From Bigelowiella natans CCMP2755 (lineage: Eukaryota; Protista; Cercozoa), in NCBI GenBank assembly GCA_000320545.1, contig ADNK01003468.1, positions 1-48,475 of the forward strand: 48,475 nt of DNA, written 5' to 3'. Shown here piece by piece: positions 10,644 through 24,776 of this stretch; the first letter of the stretch is position 1; every line of letters begins with the position of its first letter. The translations under genes were made by a program, and so were the position numbers. The notes beneath the pieces are model-generated. The model searched no databases and was not told the origin of the DNA. It saw only the letters and a list, made by a program, of their open reading frames with translations.

Positions 10644-12296
10644 CTAATCTTGATCATCCCAGTGGCCTTTTCTCTGCCCCATCTTCGGCCCACCAGCCGG
10701 CTTTGCCATGATGATCTGATCGACGCGGAGCACGGTGACAGCTGCGTCCGTCGCCAGCTTTATCGCCATCTTCTTGGCGGGGAGGCTGTCGAATATCCGG
10801 TCCTTGGCGAGGTCCTTCACCGATTGCTTCACGTCCTGAGCGTCGATGTTTATGCCCGCGCTCTTCTTGCCGCTTTCGTGCTCGGAGTAAAGGAGCGTAA
10901 GGACATCTAGGGGTTTCAGTCCTGCGTTCTCAGCGAGCGTCGTCGGGATGATCTCGAAGCTTTGAGCAAACTTCTTGATCGCGTACTGGGAGAGAGTCTT
11001 CTCCTTGTTCGAGAGCTCCGCCAGCTTGCGGGCGAGCTCAATCTCTGTTGCGCCCCCTCCGGGGAGGAAGCGGCCATCCTTCACAAGGGACTTAATGACG
11101 TTGACCCCGTCGTCAACTGCCCGCTCGATGTCGTTGAGGATGTTCTTGGTAGACCCGCGTAGCATGATGGTGGCGATCTGCGACAAATCAGTCTTCTTCT
11201 GTTCGAAGACCGTTACCTTTTGGAGACCGACCTCGCGGACGTAAGCCTTGGCGCAGTAGCCCTGTGCCTCTGGGGGGACAGCGCCGAGACGGACCTGCAT
11301 ATTGGCCTTGACTGTCTTTGCCAGCCGCCGAAGCTCGAATTTCGAGAGGATCCTTATAAGCATCATGCCGTACTTCTCGACGAAGTGCTTGGCCATGTCC
11401 CCGACCGAGCCTCCGGTGACGATCACTTTCACGCCGCTGTCAGCGATAGCCTTGATGCTGGCTTCGATCATCCGCTCCTCGCTCTTGTTGTAGTCGAGGA
11501 GCTCATCAGCATCCTTGATGAGGACGGTCCCCTTCGTCTCCGTGGTGGCCGTGTCAATCGCGCATGTGAATACGGCTACTTTGGCGTCTAATACGCTCTT
11601 AACCGATGTATCTGTGTCACGATTGACCACAACGCCACGAATGACCTCCGAGTGCTGCACGCTCCCGCCCATCATCTTGCAGGTCCGCACGTTATCCACG
11701 TTGAAGTTCTTCACGTTCTTGGGCATCACGCACATGCACGCGTCTGCGATGAGGGGATTCAAAATATCTACGGTGGTTAGTTGTTTGGAGCAGAGGGATG
11801 CGAAGGTGGCGGTTTCGATGGTTTCCTTTTTGGCAAGTTCCTTCGCCTCAACCTTCCATGTGACAAGTTCGTCCAATGAAGCCATTGCAACGTCAGCTGC
11901 TTGGACATAACCTTTTATGATTTCACTGGGGTGCAATCCTAGTTCCAGAAGACCTCGAGCTTGTTTGAGGAGCTCTCCAGCAAGCACAAGCACGTAGTTG
12001 CTTCCATCTCCTATCTCCCTCTCTTGCATTCGCGCAGCCAGAACTAGCAGCTTTGCAGCGGGGTGCTGCACCTCCATCTCAGCCATCATCGTGGCAGCAT
12101 CACTAGTGACGAAAAGCTTCTCAAGGTAATTTATGATCATCTTGTTCATGCCATTGGGGCCGTAGGAAGTTCTTGTAATTGTGGCGAGATCCTTGCAGGC
12201 CTCAATATTTTTCATCACGGCCTCCTGTGTGCCGCGGATGTGGGCAGTCCCCGACTTGAACAAGTTGGGGATGCCGCGTCTCATATTCTTCATCAT
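10644..12296 (-). CDS. CCT8: T-complex protein 1 subunit theta (chaperonin CCT/TRiC), intronless
   Basis: 550 aa with RTSYGPNGMNKMIINYLEKLFVTSDAATM, EIGDGSN, TETKGTVLIK, DDGVN, TTLAENAG and the theta-type C-terminus VLRVDQIIMAKPAGGPK...WDDQD. Confidence 0.97.
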   Translation of the reverse strand: MMKNMRRGIPNLFKSGTAHIRGTQEAVMKNIEACKDLATITRTSYGPNGMNKMIINYLEKLFVTSDAATMMAEMEVQHPAAKLLVLAARMQEREIGDGSNYVLVLAGELLKQARGLLELGLHPSEIIKGYVQAADVAMASLDELVTWKVEAKELAKKETIETATFASLCSKQLTTVDILNPLIADACMCVMPKNVKNFNVDNVRTCKMMGGSVQHSEVIRGVVVNRDTDTSVKSVLDAKVAVFTCAIDTATTETKGTVLIKDADELLDYNKSEERMIEASIKAIADSGVKVIVTGGSVGDMAKHFVEKYGMMLIRILSKFELRRLAKTVKANMQVRLGAVPPEAQGYCAKAYVREVGLQKVTVFEQKKTDLSQIATIMLRGSTKNILNDIERAVDDGVNVIKSLVKDGRFLPGGGATEIELARKLAELSNKEKTLSQYAIKKFAQSFEIIPTTLAENAGLKPLDVLTLLYSEHESGKKSAGINIDAQDVKQSVKDLAKDRIFDSLPAKKMAIKLATDAAVTVLRVDQIIMAKPAGGPKMGQRKGHWDDQD

Positions 12297-13205
12297 GGTG
12301 GAAGCGGTTTTGTGGAAGCGTGTGCTTTGGCTTTCCAGAAGGCGGTTGGTTACTCTCTCTCTCCCCTGTCCTTGGAAGTCCTGCGCACTAGTTGCGGGTT
12401 GTGGGAAGTAGTTGTTTTGTAGGAAGCTTCTGATCTCGGATTTCGCACAGAATTCGAAATAATAATATGTCGCATTACTTAATCCTCATACTTTTATGAA
12501 ATTATGCTCTGCAGAAGATTACCTGGAGATTTGACTGCGTACTTCGATGCGGGAAATGACTTTCGCGCGCAAACTTAGGTAATAAATATTGGGTTATCTG
12601 ATTGTTACAGAAATTCTATAAAATCAGAGCCAAACGCCTCTTACTGGAATTTCTGTTTTTTCAATGCGAAAAACTAAATGATCATGTTAGTCTTAGATAT
12701 TATTGTATTTATTCTGTGTCTATTTTTCACAACCTATGTTCAGCCCTTCTACGACGCATTTCTTGTTTCGACTTAGGAGCAGTTGGGGAGTTCGAGAAGC
12801 TCCTGAACAAATCTCTTTATGGGTCATAATGTAGGTAATTTATTACTCTGCGACATACTACTCAAGCAGAAAATGCTTATAAGTCTTCGGTGTAGCAGAG
12901 TCGCAGTAGGAAAGCCAATGATTAAGTCAAGGCGCTAGTTAAAAACCAAACGAAAAAATTATTTTTCTTTAGTGTTTTTTTTTTTATCGCTGTCGTAAGT
13001 TGAAATACTCCTATAAACCTAGACAGGATGGAAAATACAGGTGCGATGATCATATTTCGTTGACGTATGAGTCTAAATCAAGGGGGTTTTAAGCTATTAT
13101 ATGTTTTCAATTTCCACTCCGACCCTTCCGAGCCCCACCCCCCTCCAAAGTCCAGTTCTGCCTCTGCTCATATTTCGTAGATAAAAACACATCCAAAAAC
13201 CGCCA

Positions 13206-14071
13206 ATGAGCTTTTCTGGTCCGCTAAGCGAAAAGGCAAAGAAAGAAGAGGTGAATTGCATGCGACTTTTAGCCCGGTGCGAGTTCCAGATGGAGAAGGA
13301 AGGACTTTACACCTCAGCAGGGAAGCGAAGGCTTGCCAGAGTAAGTTTTGCGTTGGTGCTAGTATTAAAGAAAGTCGTATCATGGTGGTAGTGTAGTAAT
13401 GATCGATAGGTTAGTTCTTGGTGACGTACTAGCTTCTTTTTTCTAATAGTACCTCGAGGTTCTAAGCGAGAAGCTGGACACCCTGCGCAAGTATAAGTCC
13501 CAGGGAATTTCCTTACAATTTAGGTAAGATAAGAAGGGATCTAGAAGATATTAAAGCAAGTTGTATGTAGTTTGAAGACTTGAGTCGAACCTCGTTAAGA
13601 GGAAAGCACCCATATCGATTTATACATGTTCCTTCGTCGTCTGTCCGTACCCCCTCCCATTCCTCTCCCATTGTCCTCCTCTTTCCTAGCAACAAGCTGG
13701 ATCTCCTGTCAACCAAGATCGACGCGATGAAGAAACGCATAGGGGGCGAGAGGGGGGATGGAGGAGACAACTCTAGCAGTACCATCTTCGAGGCACTTGC
13801 TCAGCTCGCGGCAAAGTACAAAGGAAAGGCAGTCGAGGGCTTTGCGTCTGGTCATCATAGGAGAAAATCGCAAAAGGTGCTACTACGCTGCAGCGACGTG
13901 CCTGGAGCGACGATAGCATCTTCATCTGGCGAGAAGACGACGGAAAGAAGTCAGGAGAAGGATAACGAGGAACCCCTTTGTCATGGTGTCCTAGCAACAG
14001 CTGATGAGCGTGGCGATGACGGACAAGAGGTTGGTTTTCAACGAGAACAATTCATCTTGAAATGCAAATCA

Positions 14072-14116
<45 letters not shown>

Positions 14117-14235
14117 CCTCCCTCCCTCCCTCCCCTTCCCCATTTAGCACATGTCACAAATACACTAGGGAATACTGTCCTCAGAGTCCCCTTTTACACA
14201 ACACATTGCCTATTACATAATTGTGATGATAGCGG

Positions 14236-14309
<74 letters not shown>

Positions 14310-14466
14310 TTTATAATGTTAGGCATTTCGGCACGGGACAACTGCCAAACAACGACGCTATGCTAGCAATAGAAGGCGGAGGAGAAGGAGGGGAAGAGGG
14401 AAAATCGCCTCTGTGTCTACGAGACTGGAAGATGAACGATTGCAGCAAGAGGACCTTCAGTGCGAT

Positions 14467-14505
<39 letters not shown>

Positions 14506-14506
14506 A

Positions 14507-14550
<44 letters not shown>

Positions 14551-14601
14551 TAACAAAACAGAAACATTGGATTTTTATACAAAGTCACATGTGTAGTAGC
14601 A

Positions 14602-14649
<48 letters not shown>

Positions 14650-15350
14650 ATGCTCCATAGCCCTTTAGTCCTGCAACCGACACGCACCTGTTTTTGCCTC
14701 TTCCTCGAATGACCGACACAGGCGAGAGATCCTTGACTTGTCCGAAGAGCTCAAGTCTCTCCAGATGCAAGTGAGCGCCTTCTTCATGAAGGACCGCAAA
14801 ACGTTAGATTCGGTCACGCAAAAGGTAGTGCTCCCCCCTGACCCTGCTACTTTCGACAAACACTTGGGGGGGGGGAGGGAGAGTGTTGGGAGAATAAGGG
14901 TCAATTCCGTTAAGAAACGAATTAATACATAATCATTTCCAAAAAGCTGCAGACAGCACTCGAAAATGATCGACGAATGAATATCGATAGTGTAGCCCCT
15001 AGACCTAGCGTCGTGGGATGGGCTGCCGACGTTTTTGTTACCGTTTCAGCTCTTTGAAACTGCATTGGACGGAATGAGAGGAGGATATAATTTCGTTCTG
15101 GACTGTAATCCCCCTCCCCCTTGCCCTCCTCTAATAGTCCGTGAACATGCTCTCTCCTTTTCAGATGGAAGATAACCTCTCCCGGACAAAAAGCGAGAAG
15201 AAACGGCTAGACAAGTACGCGAGCAAGTGGTCTTTGGATATATGCCGGGATTGGTCAATCTTGGCGTTTGTTGCTACCAGCTTCCTAGTGATCTATGTAA
15301 TTATTCGGACCTTCCCGTGCAAAGGAGGCTCATTGGGTACATGTGGATAA
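13206..15350 (+). CDS. USE1-like Qc-SNARE (ER tail-anchored vesicle transport protein), multi-exon
   Basis: N-terminus EVNCMRLLARCE. SNARE-like heptad exons EILDLSEELKSLQMQVSAFFMKDRKTLDSVTQK and MEDNLSRTKSEKKRLDKY, then a C-terminal TM WSILAFVATSFLVIYVIIRTFP. This matches the Use1 pattern (LK...F...D...L...N......RL...W...F...IR.FP). Confidence 0.72.
14239..14305. repeat. Compound (CT)n-(AT)n intronic microsatellite; one example of dozens in introns between 13 and 36 kb
   Basis: Directly visible dinucleotide runs. Confidence 0.95.
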
Positions 15351-16563
15351 GGTTATTACAGTTGCTTCTCGCACCGTTAAAAATAACAAAAAATGAATTA
15401 CCAAAAAATGAATTACCAGGCCACATACTCAAGACTATGTCCTTTTATGTGAAATGCCATATCCATAAATGATGCAAACGCGCCTTCAAGTAGTCATTGT
15501 AGATATTTAGGCGCTTTGGTGTGTTGCTAGTGTTGCCTTGCGCAACAATAGTCTAGTCGTGCATTGGCTTTGCCTGATTCGTCTATTACAACAATTAGTT
15601 GCAGAGTTGTGTGGCATGTAGAGCGGTGTAGCCGTAATGGGACACACTATCAACATGAATATGTAGCAAGTTGCTATACAGCAATGTTTGCGCAAGTGCT
15701 AGACTGGCTAGCTGGTTTGGTGAGCTAGTGCATGAGCGTTTTCATTTCGACTGCACAACGCTAGCACGCTATACATCTTTGCATGTTACTCACTCTAGCA
15801 CCGTTTGTTCGTTACAGTCTAGCAGTGATTAGTTTGCTAGCTTGAGCAATGCGCGCTCATGTTTGTGGTGACACTACCTGGCTACAACAGCTCGATAATG
15901 TATTGATCGCAGCACGGTGTGCACGTGAGAAGGTCTAGAGGTTATTAACGTTACGTTGCAACTTAGCAACGCTACAATGCATGCCAGCATGACTCGGGTT
16001 TCTATAGATGTTTTGATGTGGCATTATTCACTGTGTACATACATCTAGACATCTAGACACATCAAATGGCAAAGACGGTGACGCCTGTCAAAGATCATAG
16101 AGATTCAGCACTACTAGTTCAGATTCTAAAACTAGACAAATATCGTATGTATCAAACCCGCTATACCTATACAAGTGTCGTTACATACGCTGCCGAAGCA
16201 ACACGAACCGATTAGATGTGCTCACATTATATTCTGAACCCCTGCGTTTGCCTTAAGCTAACACAGTTAAAACATATGTGCGCGATTCGTGTGCAGGATT
16301 CATCCATGCTCCGATCCGAAAAAGCTTGGGACAACTCGGTAGCGCGCTGATGCAACGAACCACAATTAATAAATAATGATCGTGCCGATGTATATTGGAG
16401 CTTGCTGTCGCATAATCATCAATAATGTGATGGATGAATTTCGAGTTATTTTCGGCAGGTGAAAATCTGGAAGAAATACCACAGCAGCGAAATATAGGTG
16501 CTGAAGAAAAATATTGTTTCGCGTGGGTTTATTGACAGCTATTAGAATATCAGGTAGTTTTTT

Positions 16564-18284
16564 TTAAACCCGAAATTCAGTTCTTAAGTTCTGAATGACA
16601 TCGTTGGAAGCATGATGAGCACTTACGAGAGACGATTCTTTCTTCAATAACTCCTTAAATGCCCAGAGGACGTTTTTCTTTTTACTAGCAGCGTTTACAG
16701 CGAGTGCAACGACAGCCTTGACATGTACACATTCGTTAGAATGGTGCATATTCGGTGCATTTGTTATCTAATTGGACTAGAATAACATGCGACAACGTCT
16801 GCATTTTGAACTTGTAAGTACACATCACACTTACACTCTACTTGACTGGCTCTCAATGATGCGGTTTAGATTCTTAACCTTGGTCGGAAGAAACACCTTA
16901 GCCCAGAAATTGTCGAGGGGACTTCGGGTGAGGAGCATGCAAGGTTTTTTCATCGCTGATCAAACAATATTCAGGGAGAAGCACATCAGAGCATTTTTGC
17001 ACATTTTGATATATATGAATCATCCTCGAAATGGCTTTCTTATATGTACACTTGGTCTCTGTTAGTCCGAAACAAATATGTATCGTTGTACAAAAAGCTT
17101 TCATAAACACTCAAGTATAAACTGGAATATGCATATTCACCGAGCGATTGGAGGGCAGAACTCGACGACGCGAAGGACAAGGTTCCCTTTATCTTTCAAT
17201 AATAAAACATTAACATTCGAGAACGACTTTTGTACCATAATGCACAAAACAACTCATGATTTATGCATGCATGAATCAAGTCACGCGTATGCCCATTATT
17301 ATGCTTTTACCAACCTGCTTTCTTGTCAACAGCCACTTCAACCCTAACAATGTTGGGTTGCATTGTCTCACAACGAAGTCCGCCTTGTTTCCATGGACCT
17401 CCTCGATAAATCTATTTCGTAAAAAAGAATTTTAGTGTGGCATTCATTCAATCTTCCAAGGGGAAGAACATCATCACAACTGTAACGAAGGACGCTTCAT
17501 ATCTCATAGAACGAGGTACGTTTCTACATTTCTACATGCAAATCGTATTTGTTCTTGGAGCAACGATTAAACTTGGCGGGAAATATCAACCATAACACGA
17601 GTATAATAATCAAAGTGAATGTATTTGCGTATTTGCGACAGTTGTTTGACTTGCGAGCATGTGAGTCATTTATGATGTCGTTTCACTTGCGGCACTCGTT
17701 GGTACGTCGAAAACGCATGAGAGAATCCTTCTGCATCAGCTCCATCACCGCTATTATAACAGAAGAATCGTGTATCTGAGAAGGTCGTCTGCGCAATTTA
17801 TATGCATGGAGTGTTTTTTCTCGTACAATATATTTCTCGGATTTTGTACATGAAAATTTATATGATTACGCATCATTCGTATTGTTTGATTTGCTTGCAG
17901 CGCGAGATAAAACACCTCCCGCAGCCTCTCTAAACAAGGACTTTGAAACATCCTGCATAAAGCAAAACACATAAGTTCTCATTCTGTTCTTACGAGATAG
18001 ATAATGTAGCAAACGATGTTGACTAAGACATAATATTTCGCTGTCTGATTAGAATAAGAACAACCTACTTATCTTGCCATAAAAATATTATTAAGCGGTA
18101 TTTTACTGTTGTCTCCATCTCCCCACCTTATGTTCCAGACTAGTTCTAATAGTTGTTGAAATGCGGCTCGGAAGATTCACCTGCTTCTCCGCCTGGAAAA
18201 AGAAAACGATATTTCGGACTATCTTGACGTTCACATGTGTGCACACACGCGCGGTGATTGGCATGCTATGTGTGTGTGTATGTG

Positions 18285-18319
<35 letters not shown>

Positions 18320-18547
18320 TCGTGTGTAGAGGAAAGAAAATATAAACTGAAAGCGAGAAAGGCCACATAGAATTTGAAGTTTTGCTACATTTGGGCCGAT
18401 GAAGTCTCGATATACGATCCAGGCTTGCTGCACTGATGTTTCGTAAGAAATCACGTTATCAGCACAAACCGTGACATAAATCTATGCATTTATGAGTTAT
18501 GCATTACACATGCTCTCCTCTCCCACAACATGTAATGTACGGAATAG

Positions 18548-18578
<31 letters not shown>

Positions 18579-20294
18579 TAGTGCGTTATACATACGTACA
18601 TATTTAATAGTGTGATTTGATTAATTTATCGTTATTGTCAATACCAATGTTATCGCCATCCTTCGTTTGCTCTCCATACTATAATCGTACAACGATATTC
18701 TCAAAATAGTCACACCTTACGTCATTTGAAGGTTCGAATAAACGAAAAACACCAACGCCATTCGCAGGAAAAACAAAACCTCGTTACTCTCATCCTGATG
18801 TACATCTAGTCGAAGAGAGCGCGCGTGTGCGCGAGAAAGCACTACTAGTGTAAGCTCCGACCTCCTCAAAGCGTGCATTCGCCTCCAAGAACAACAAATT
18901 CTCGGCAGAGAATTCTTTCATGAGGAAGTTCATCAGCAGTTCTCGACCCCTGGACAAAGGCCATATATCTTAGCATGATGTGTGTTTAGACAGCATTGTG
19001 GGGGTTGATTGTTGGTCGGTTGTAGCGTGTGGATTTAGCCCAACCGCTCAGTATCGAATAGGCATGAGAAGTAGTTCTTATTTTGCCGCGGGAGGGGAAT
19101 GCTCTCTGTGTCGCGGTAAATAAGAACCCGAACCTTCAAATGTATTGCACGCACAATGCAAGAGATAAGACGACTTATCGTAGAGAACAATCGTTTATCG
19201 TGTTTGCATTTGCATGCACAACGATCACATTTTCAAAAGTGTATATATGTGCGTGACTTTCAACTCTGCGGCCCCTTCCATAATGGCCTCCGAAATGACC
19301 CCATCCTGTAACACTGCGGGGAGGATATTCACGAGGGAAAACAAATTATATAATAGTACAGTCTGCACTGGCTAGAAGGCGTAATTTGTGGGTTATTGGG
19401 ACGCATACTCATGTCGTATGATTCGGATAAGCATTGGTATATAATGGTGCTGTTGGTCATATTTGTAATATTAGCAATCAAGCAGTAGAAGTAGCAATAT
19501 CAGTTGTAATACTAGTAGTAATAGTATTGTGGTAGTAATAGTATTGGCAGTAGTAACAGCATTAGTTGTAGTATGTTTGTATTTGAAGTTGTTGTACTTC
19601 CGAGATTCGTTGACGTGTCCATTATGAGCAGCACTGGGTTCTAATTGGTAAAGAACGAATATACGACATTGTTAACGACGAATATATCTTGTTGCTTTTG
19701 GTAAACGGTGTTGAGTTTATATGGTACACTAGCTCTATCGATTCTTATTGTATCTTTGTATACACTATTTTCAGGAAATTGTTTGACATTTTCAGAAAAA
19801 AATGATTTTATAAAGCATGTAAGTACAAACGCTGCAACAGACACACACAACCACACACCACACACACACATGCATGGTATAGCATCTGTTTTGTAGCATG
19901 ATACAAACACTTGCCTCGCTCAAATTCAACCATTCCTGCAAATAGTCCCTGCGCAGGAGAAGTGAACATAGCCGAAAAATTACAAAGACAGTTGTAACCA
20001 CATGTAGATATCGATTTGTTTTGTCATAGAAATACTACTTCTTCATCAACACATCTAGATGGTCATTATTCAGTGGTGAGGAGCTATCGGGCATCTAGTA
20101 AATGGTTCATTTTGATGAAAAGACCTTTGCGATTTCTGCTTCGTCCGTATCCTCGAAGGATGGTGCTGTCCCTCTTTGCCCGTGGAGCAAAACCCGACAG
20201 TATGAAACTTCCAACAAACACAATGCACGCAAAGATCTAATGTTAGGATAAAATATGTTGTAAAATAGATCGAAGATTGAACGCGCGCCACTCG

Positions 20295-20332
<38 letters not shown>

Positions 20333-20339
20333 CGACAGA

Positions 20340-20394
<55 letters not shown>

Positions 20395-23300
20395 GGAGGC
20401 AAAGGGAAGGGATGTGCAATGGAAAACTATACGAACGATGCTATTAGTATTTTACCTATATAATACCCGCATAAATCTACCTACCTGTGGCCCGAAGTTT
20501 CCGTCGATGAGACCTGAGTCCCAACAGCCGATGGAGAGAATCTGGAATGGGGGAGGACAACGACGGAACCGCAGATACACGAGAAGCATTGTGCTTTGCT
20601 AACGATAAGTAAATCCTTCTAGACGGAAAGAAAAACACACGGTACACTCCGAAACGCCTTTTTCTAGTACATTTATATTGTTGTGAATGCGTTAGAATGC
20701 GTTAGGATTCGTATAAAAATGACCCCTTTGCCAAGCAGCGCGTCTGTTAAGTCCTATTGTACGCAAATACAGGGTTCTCATGTGTGCGAAAACCTCTCTC
20801 TCTCTCTCTCTCTCTGTTCTCCCCCACCCCCCCCCTCTCTGTGTGTGCGTTTTTGTGTTTGTGTGTGTGTGTGTGTAGTGTTTCACGTGACAAATAACAG
20901 GTATTATTTAGAACAAAGGGTAATACCTCTTGGCTTGCGATCGTTGGCAGTTGAAGTGTTTTCCGGAAGTTGTTGATGACTCCGCCGAGCTCACTCACCA
21001 GTCTCTACAAGTTTAGGAAATATCCCGTTAAACCGCACATGACAAATCGAAATACACGTGTAAATATAAGTGAATGATGACATGTTTAAAAACACGTATG
21101 GCCGTTACTCTTTCGCTTGTATGATTGTGATTTATAGGTGCTGTTTATTGGACACTGACATTGTTGTATAGATGGTGAGAGCGAAGATTGGCTTCTCCCC
21201 TCGGCGGAAATTCCTCAGCTTTGTGGGATAAAGAGGGGAGGGGTATACAGAAAGAAGTAAAGAAAATCCGAGGAAGATAATTCTTCACTAATCCCATCTT
21301 TCCCTCACTTACTTCGTTTATATACATGCGTAAAGCACATAAATGTGCAGACGTGCATCCTACATATAAGTACCTTCGAAATCCAAATATGCAGCAGCTT
21401 CAAGAAGTATATCAGATTTATCAGTGGATATGATTTTGAGAGGGGATAATGACAAACACATGATATTTGTATCGGCTATCAAATGTAATATTACTTGCAC
21501 CAGAATAAAAACGAATAAGCAAGGACATATCTGGAAGTTTGTAGGAAATTATTCCGACGGTTTATTTGTGAGAAGATGATGCATATTAGCACCCAAAACC
21601 AATCACCCGCAACCAAAAAGGAATGGGTTATCATATCTCCTACCTTTGGTGGATTTCATCGAAGACAGCGCACTATCTGAGAATATAGACGTTATATACA
21701 GTCAGAGCTTTATCAACTGCACACACACCTTAGCATCGAAAATATTAATGAATATAAACACAAACATTTTACTCTACAACCTACAACCAACATACTCTCG
21801 GCTAAAATACTATAATGAACATTATGCGAGCATGCTTACCTGCCCCCCCCCCGGATGAAGCAGATCCAGCACTCTCAAGAACGCCTGGAAATAGTGTAAA
21901 TGCGCCAACCGCATCATCACCACACATACAGATTAGCGATGAAATAATTTATTTTTCCAAGGTAATCGTTACAGCAGCCGCTTACCTGCCTCGGCATCGA
22001 TCAGTTGGCCAATCAACTGCTTCTTTTCTCTCTCGAACGCCTTCGTTGCGGTTGTGAGTACGCCAGCCCTGGTAAGGGGTTGGATATGAGAATTGCTCAT
22101 CACAAGTGAGGATGACTGGAAGCAAGTTAGAGCGTTAAGTTTCATCGTGTTTTGTGGGAACGTGCGCGTATGTGACTGTTCATTTGCGTGCACGTTTTGA
22201 TTTTCATTGTAAGATATTGATAAACTTCGTCTTTCAAAAAGATAACATCATTTAGCATTTGTACGGAGATATGACCATTCTGCTTCCTCTTCTTCTGTCT
22301 GTGCTCGAAACTTGAAGTCCTCCTTGCTCTTCGTTATCACTCGAATCACCTCTACAAACAACACGCACCGTAAAACATTGAATAGCAGCATTGAGCTGAA
22401 AGTACACCTAATCACCTAATAATAACCCACATATATACTGCGCCAAGGCATGTGGAAAATGGTTCGGTGCATAGGAACGTAACTGCTCATAAAGTTGTGC
22501 TCTAAGCGGCTGTTTTTGAGAGAAATAACCGTCTTTGGTTTCTTCAACGATGGCGCCGAGCCTAAACGTCGGTTCGATGCCAAGCATTAACACACACGTT
22601 TACATACACATGATCGTACGCAACGAACTCGGAGAAGCAAACAATACATCGATAGTGTCGCAGTATTCTTGCCTCAAGAGAAAGCGAAGTTATCTCCCCT
22701 TACCCCTTAAAACAGACACCCACGAAACATATCGATATTGAGCGGTATATGTCGACTCACAGATGCCTAGGAAGTAACGCTCTGCGTAAGAATGTATGGC
22801 GCCTGAATTGACCGATGGAAGAAGGTTTCAATGAACACCGAAAATGACCAGAACGACGAGATTGCTAATCTATTTTTTTTATTATTGTGCAATTGATGGG
22901 AAATTAATAAGAATCAGAGGAGAGACTTTTTTCTGGAAGCTCCTTCTCGAAGCTGACAAGATCCTTGTAAACCCACACGTAAACGCGTTTATAGCTGAAG
23001 AACGTGATAACCGAAGATGATGACGATGATGATGATGACGACGACGACAAGAATATATTCGAATCATACATAACACCACATTCGGCTCTATGTCACTTGA
23101 CGAAAGAAACATCTCGCACATGCTCTGAGCAAAGACTGAGCGCGTTTTCATTTCTAAGTACCCCTATGAGACCACATCAACAGAGCACAAAGCACACCAT
23201 CACTCATCATTCTCCCCTACATCAAAACGTGTAATGTATATGGAAGGTTCATTTCAATGAAAACATATCTTTTTCAAATTTCGCACTAGAACCTATGAAT

Positions 23301-24658
23301 TGATTGTATGTGTCTGCACGCTTATTTTGACAGGGGTACAGCCTCCACCTCTTTTAGAACTTGTTTATCATCGAAGTAGTGGTTTTTGTGAATCTTCGAG
23401 CGCCGAAGGCGAATAGAACGACGAGAAGACTTCTCAGAATTTAATCCAGCCACACGCCCAGCCGCTGCTGCAGCACACACAAGCCCATATAGTTTTAAGG
23501 ATCGAGTCAGGTAAATCGGCGGAGGTTGCTAGAAAGGGCGCATTCGATATGTAAATTTGGTAATTAGACTCGCAGTTGTAATCAAGTTATCAAAAATCAC
23601 TACCATCATGAACTACCTGCGGAGGCGTGAGAATGAATATGCGCGACATACGAGGTCCCCCCCCCCGCAGCACCGCCCCCCTCCCTCATCGCGGCGAGTA
23701 GGGATGGCGGTAGATCCGAAGAGGGTTTTTCCATCACCCTCCCAAATTTAGCAGTAGGGAAAACACCAGACATGTTTAATTCACTGCTGCTACTGTTGTT
23801 GCTGCTGCTGATATGCGCTCCGAGTAAGCCGTCGCTAGTAGAACTAGCACTGCTCAGGCCCATCAGATTGTTGCCCCGAGTCATCAGGGGCCTTATTCGA
23901 GGGCTAGATCCTTGGTTTTAGGAAGGAAGTGGGGGGGGTTGAGGAGGAGGGGGAGGGGGAAGGAGGGGGAGGGTTGGAACCGTTATCGTATATGTAAATG
24001 CATATTTGGAAAAATGGATTTTTCCCGCAGAGGTACAGACTTGTATTCAATTTGTTTGACTTCCACCATTAGCGCGTATGTTGCATTTGAAGTTCACCGA
24101 AATTTTTCATCTAGGAGATGTGCATTGTTCGTGTGATGTAGCGTATATGAGCTGCAGGCGTATGATCATGTGTGCACTTCCTACGTGAGAGCACTGCGCT
24201 ATTGCTTCGATTAAGATGAAAACCATTGAAGTCATCTACGTGTTAAACACATTAATGCAGCTAATACTTCAACTTCACTTGTATCGAGAAAACTTGCGTT
24301 TTGGCAAAAGAGGACGCATTCATGAACTTCGCTGGGTAATAACATGTTTAGTGCAGAAAGATAGGCAAGGATTGCACGAATTATCCTTACATGAGGATAA
24401 GATGTTGTTTTCCAAATATGTTCACAAACCACGCAGATAGATCGGATATTCTAAGGGTGTGAGAAAGCAAGGTACCATTAGCCTTTGCGCCGCTGCGACG
24501 AGGAGAGGCCAACAGCCCGAAAGAGCTCTGCAATGACGTCGGTATGGGTGTTATGGCGAAGTGCCAAAGAAAGATTGGAAGAAGAAAATACTGAGGTTGT
24601 CTTTTTGCATTTAGTGGATAGAAGTGTAGTTAACATATATTTTGTAATGTAAATGTAT

Positions 24659-24693
<35 letters not shown>

Positions 24694-24742
24694 ATACCTC
24701 CAAATGTTTGTATAAATAGGTTTGCGTGCACGTCTGCATGTT

Positions 24743-24776
<34 letters not shown>

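Noticed and set aside
10599-12422. Plus-strand ORFs antisense to CCT8
   Set aside because: Shadow ORFs from the GC-rich codon usage of CCT8; no motifs.
15389-15418. 15-bp tandem duplication aaaaaatgaattacc x2
   Set aside because: Simple local slippage duplication in a 3' UTR, with no spacer or array structure.
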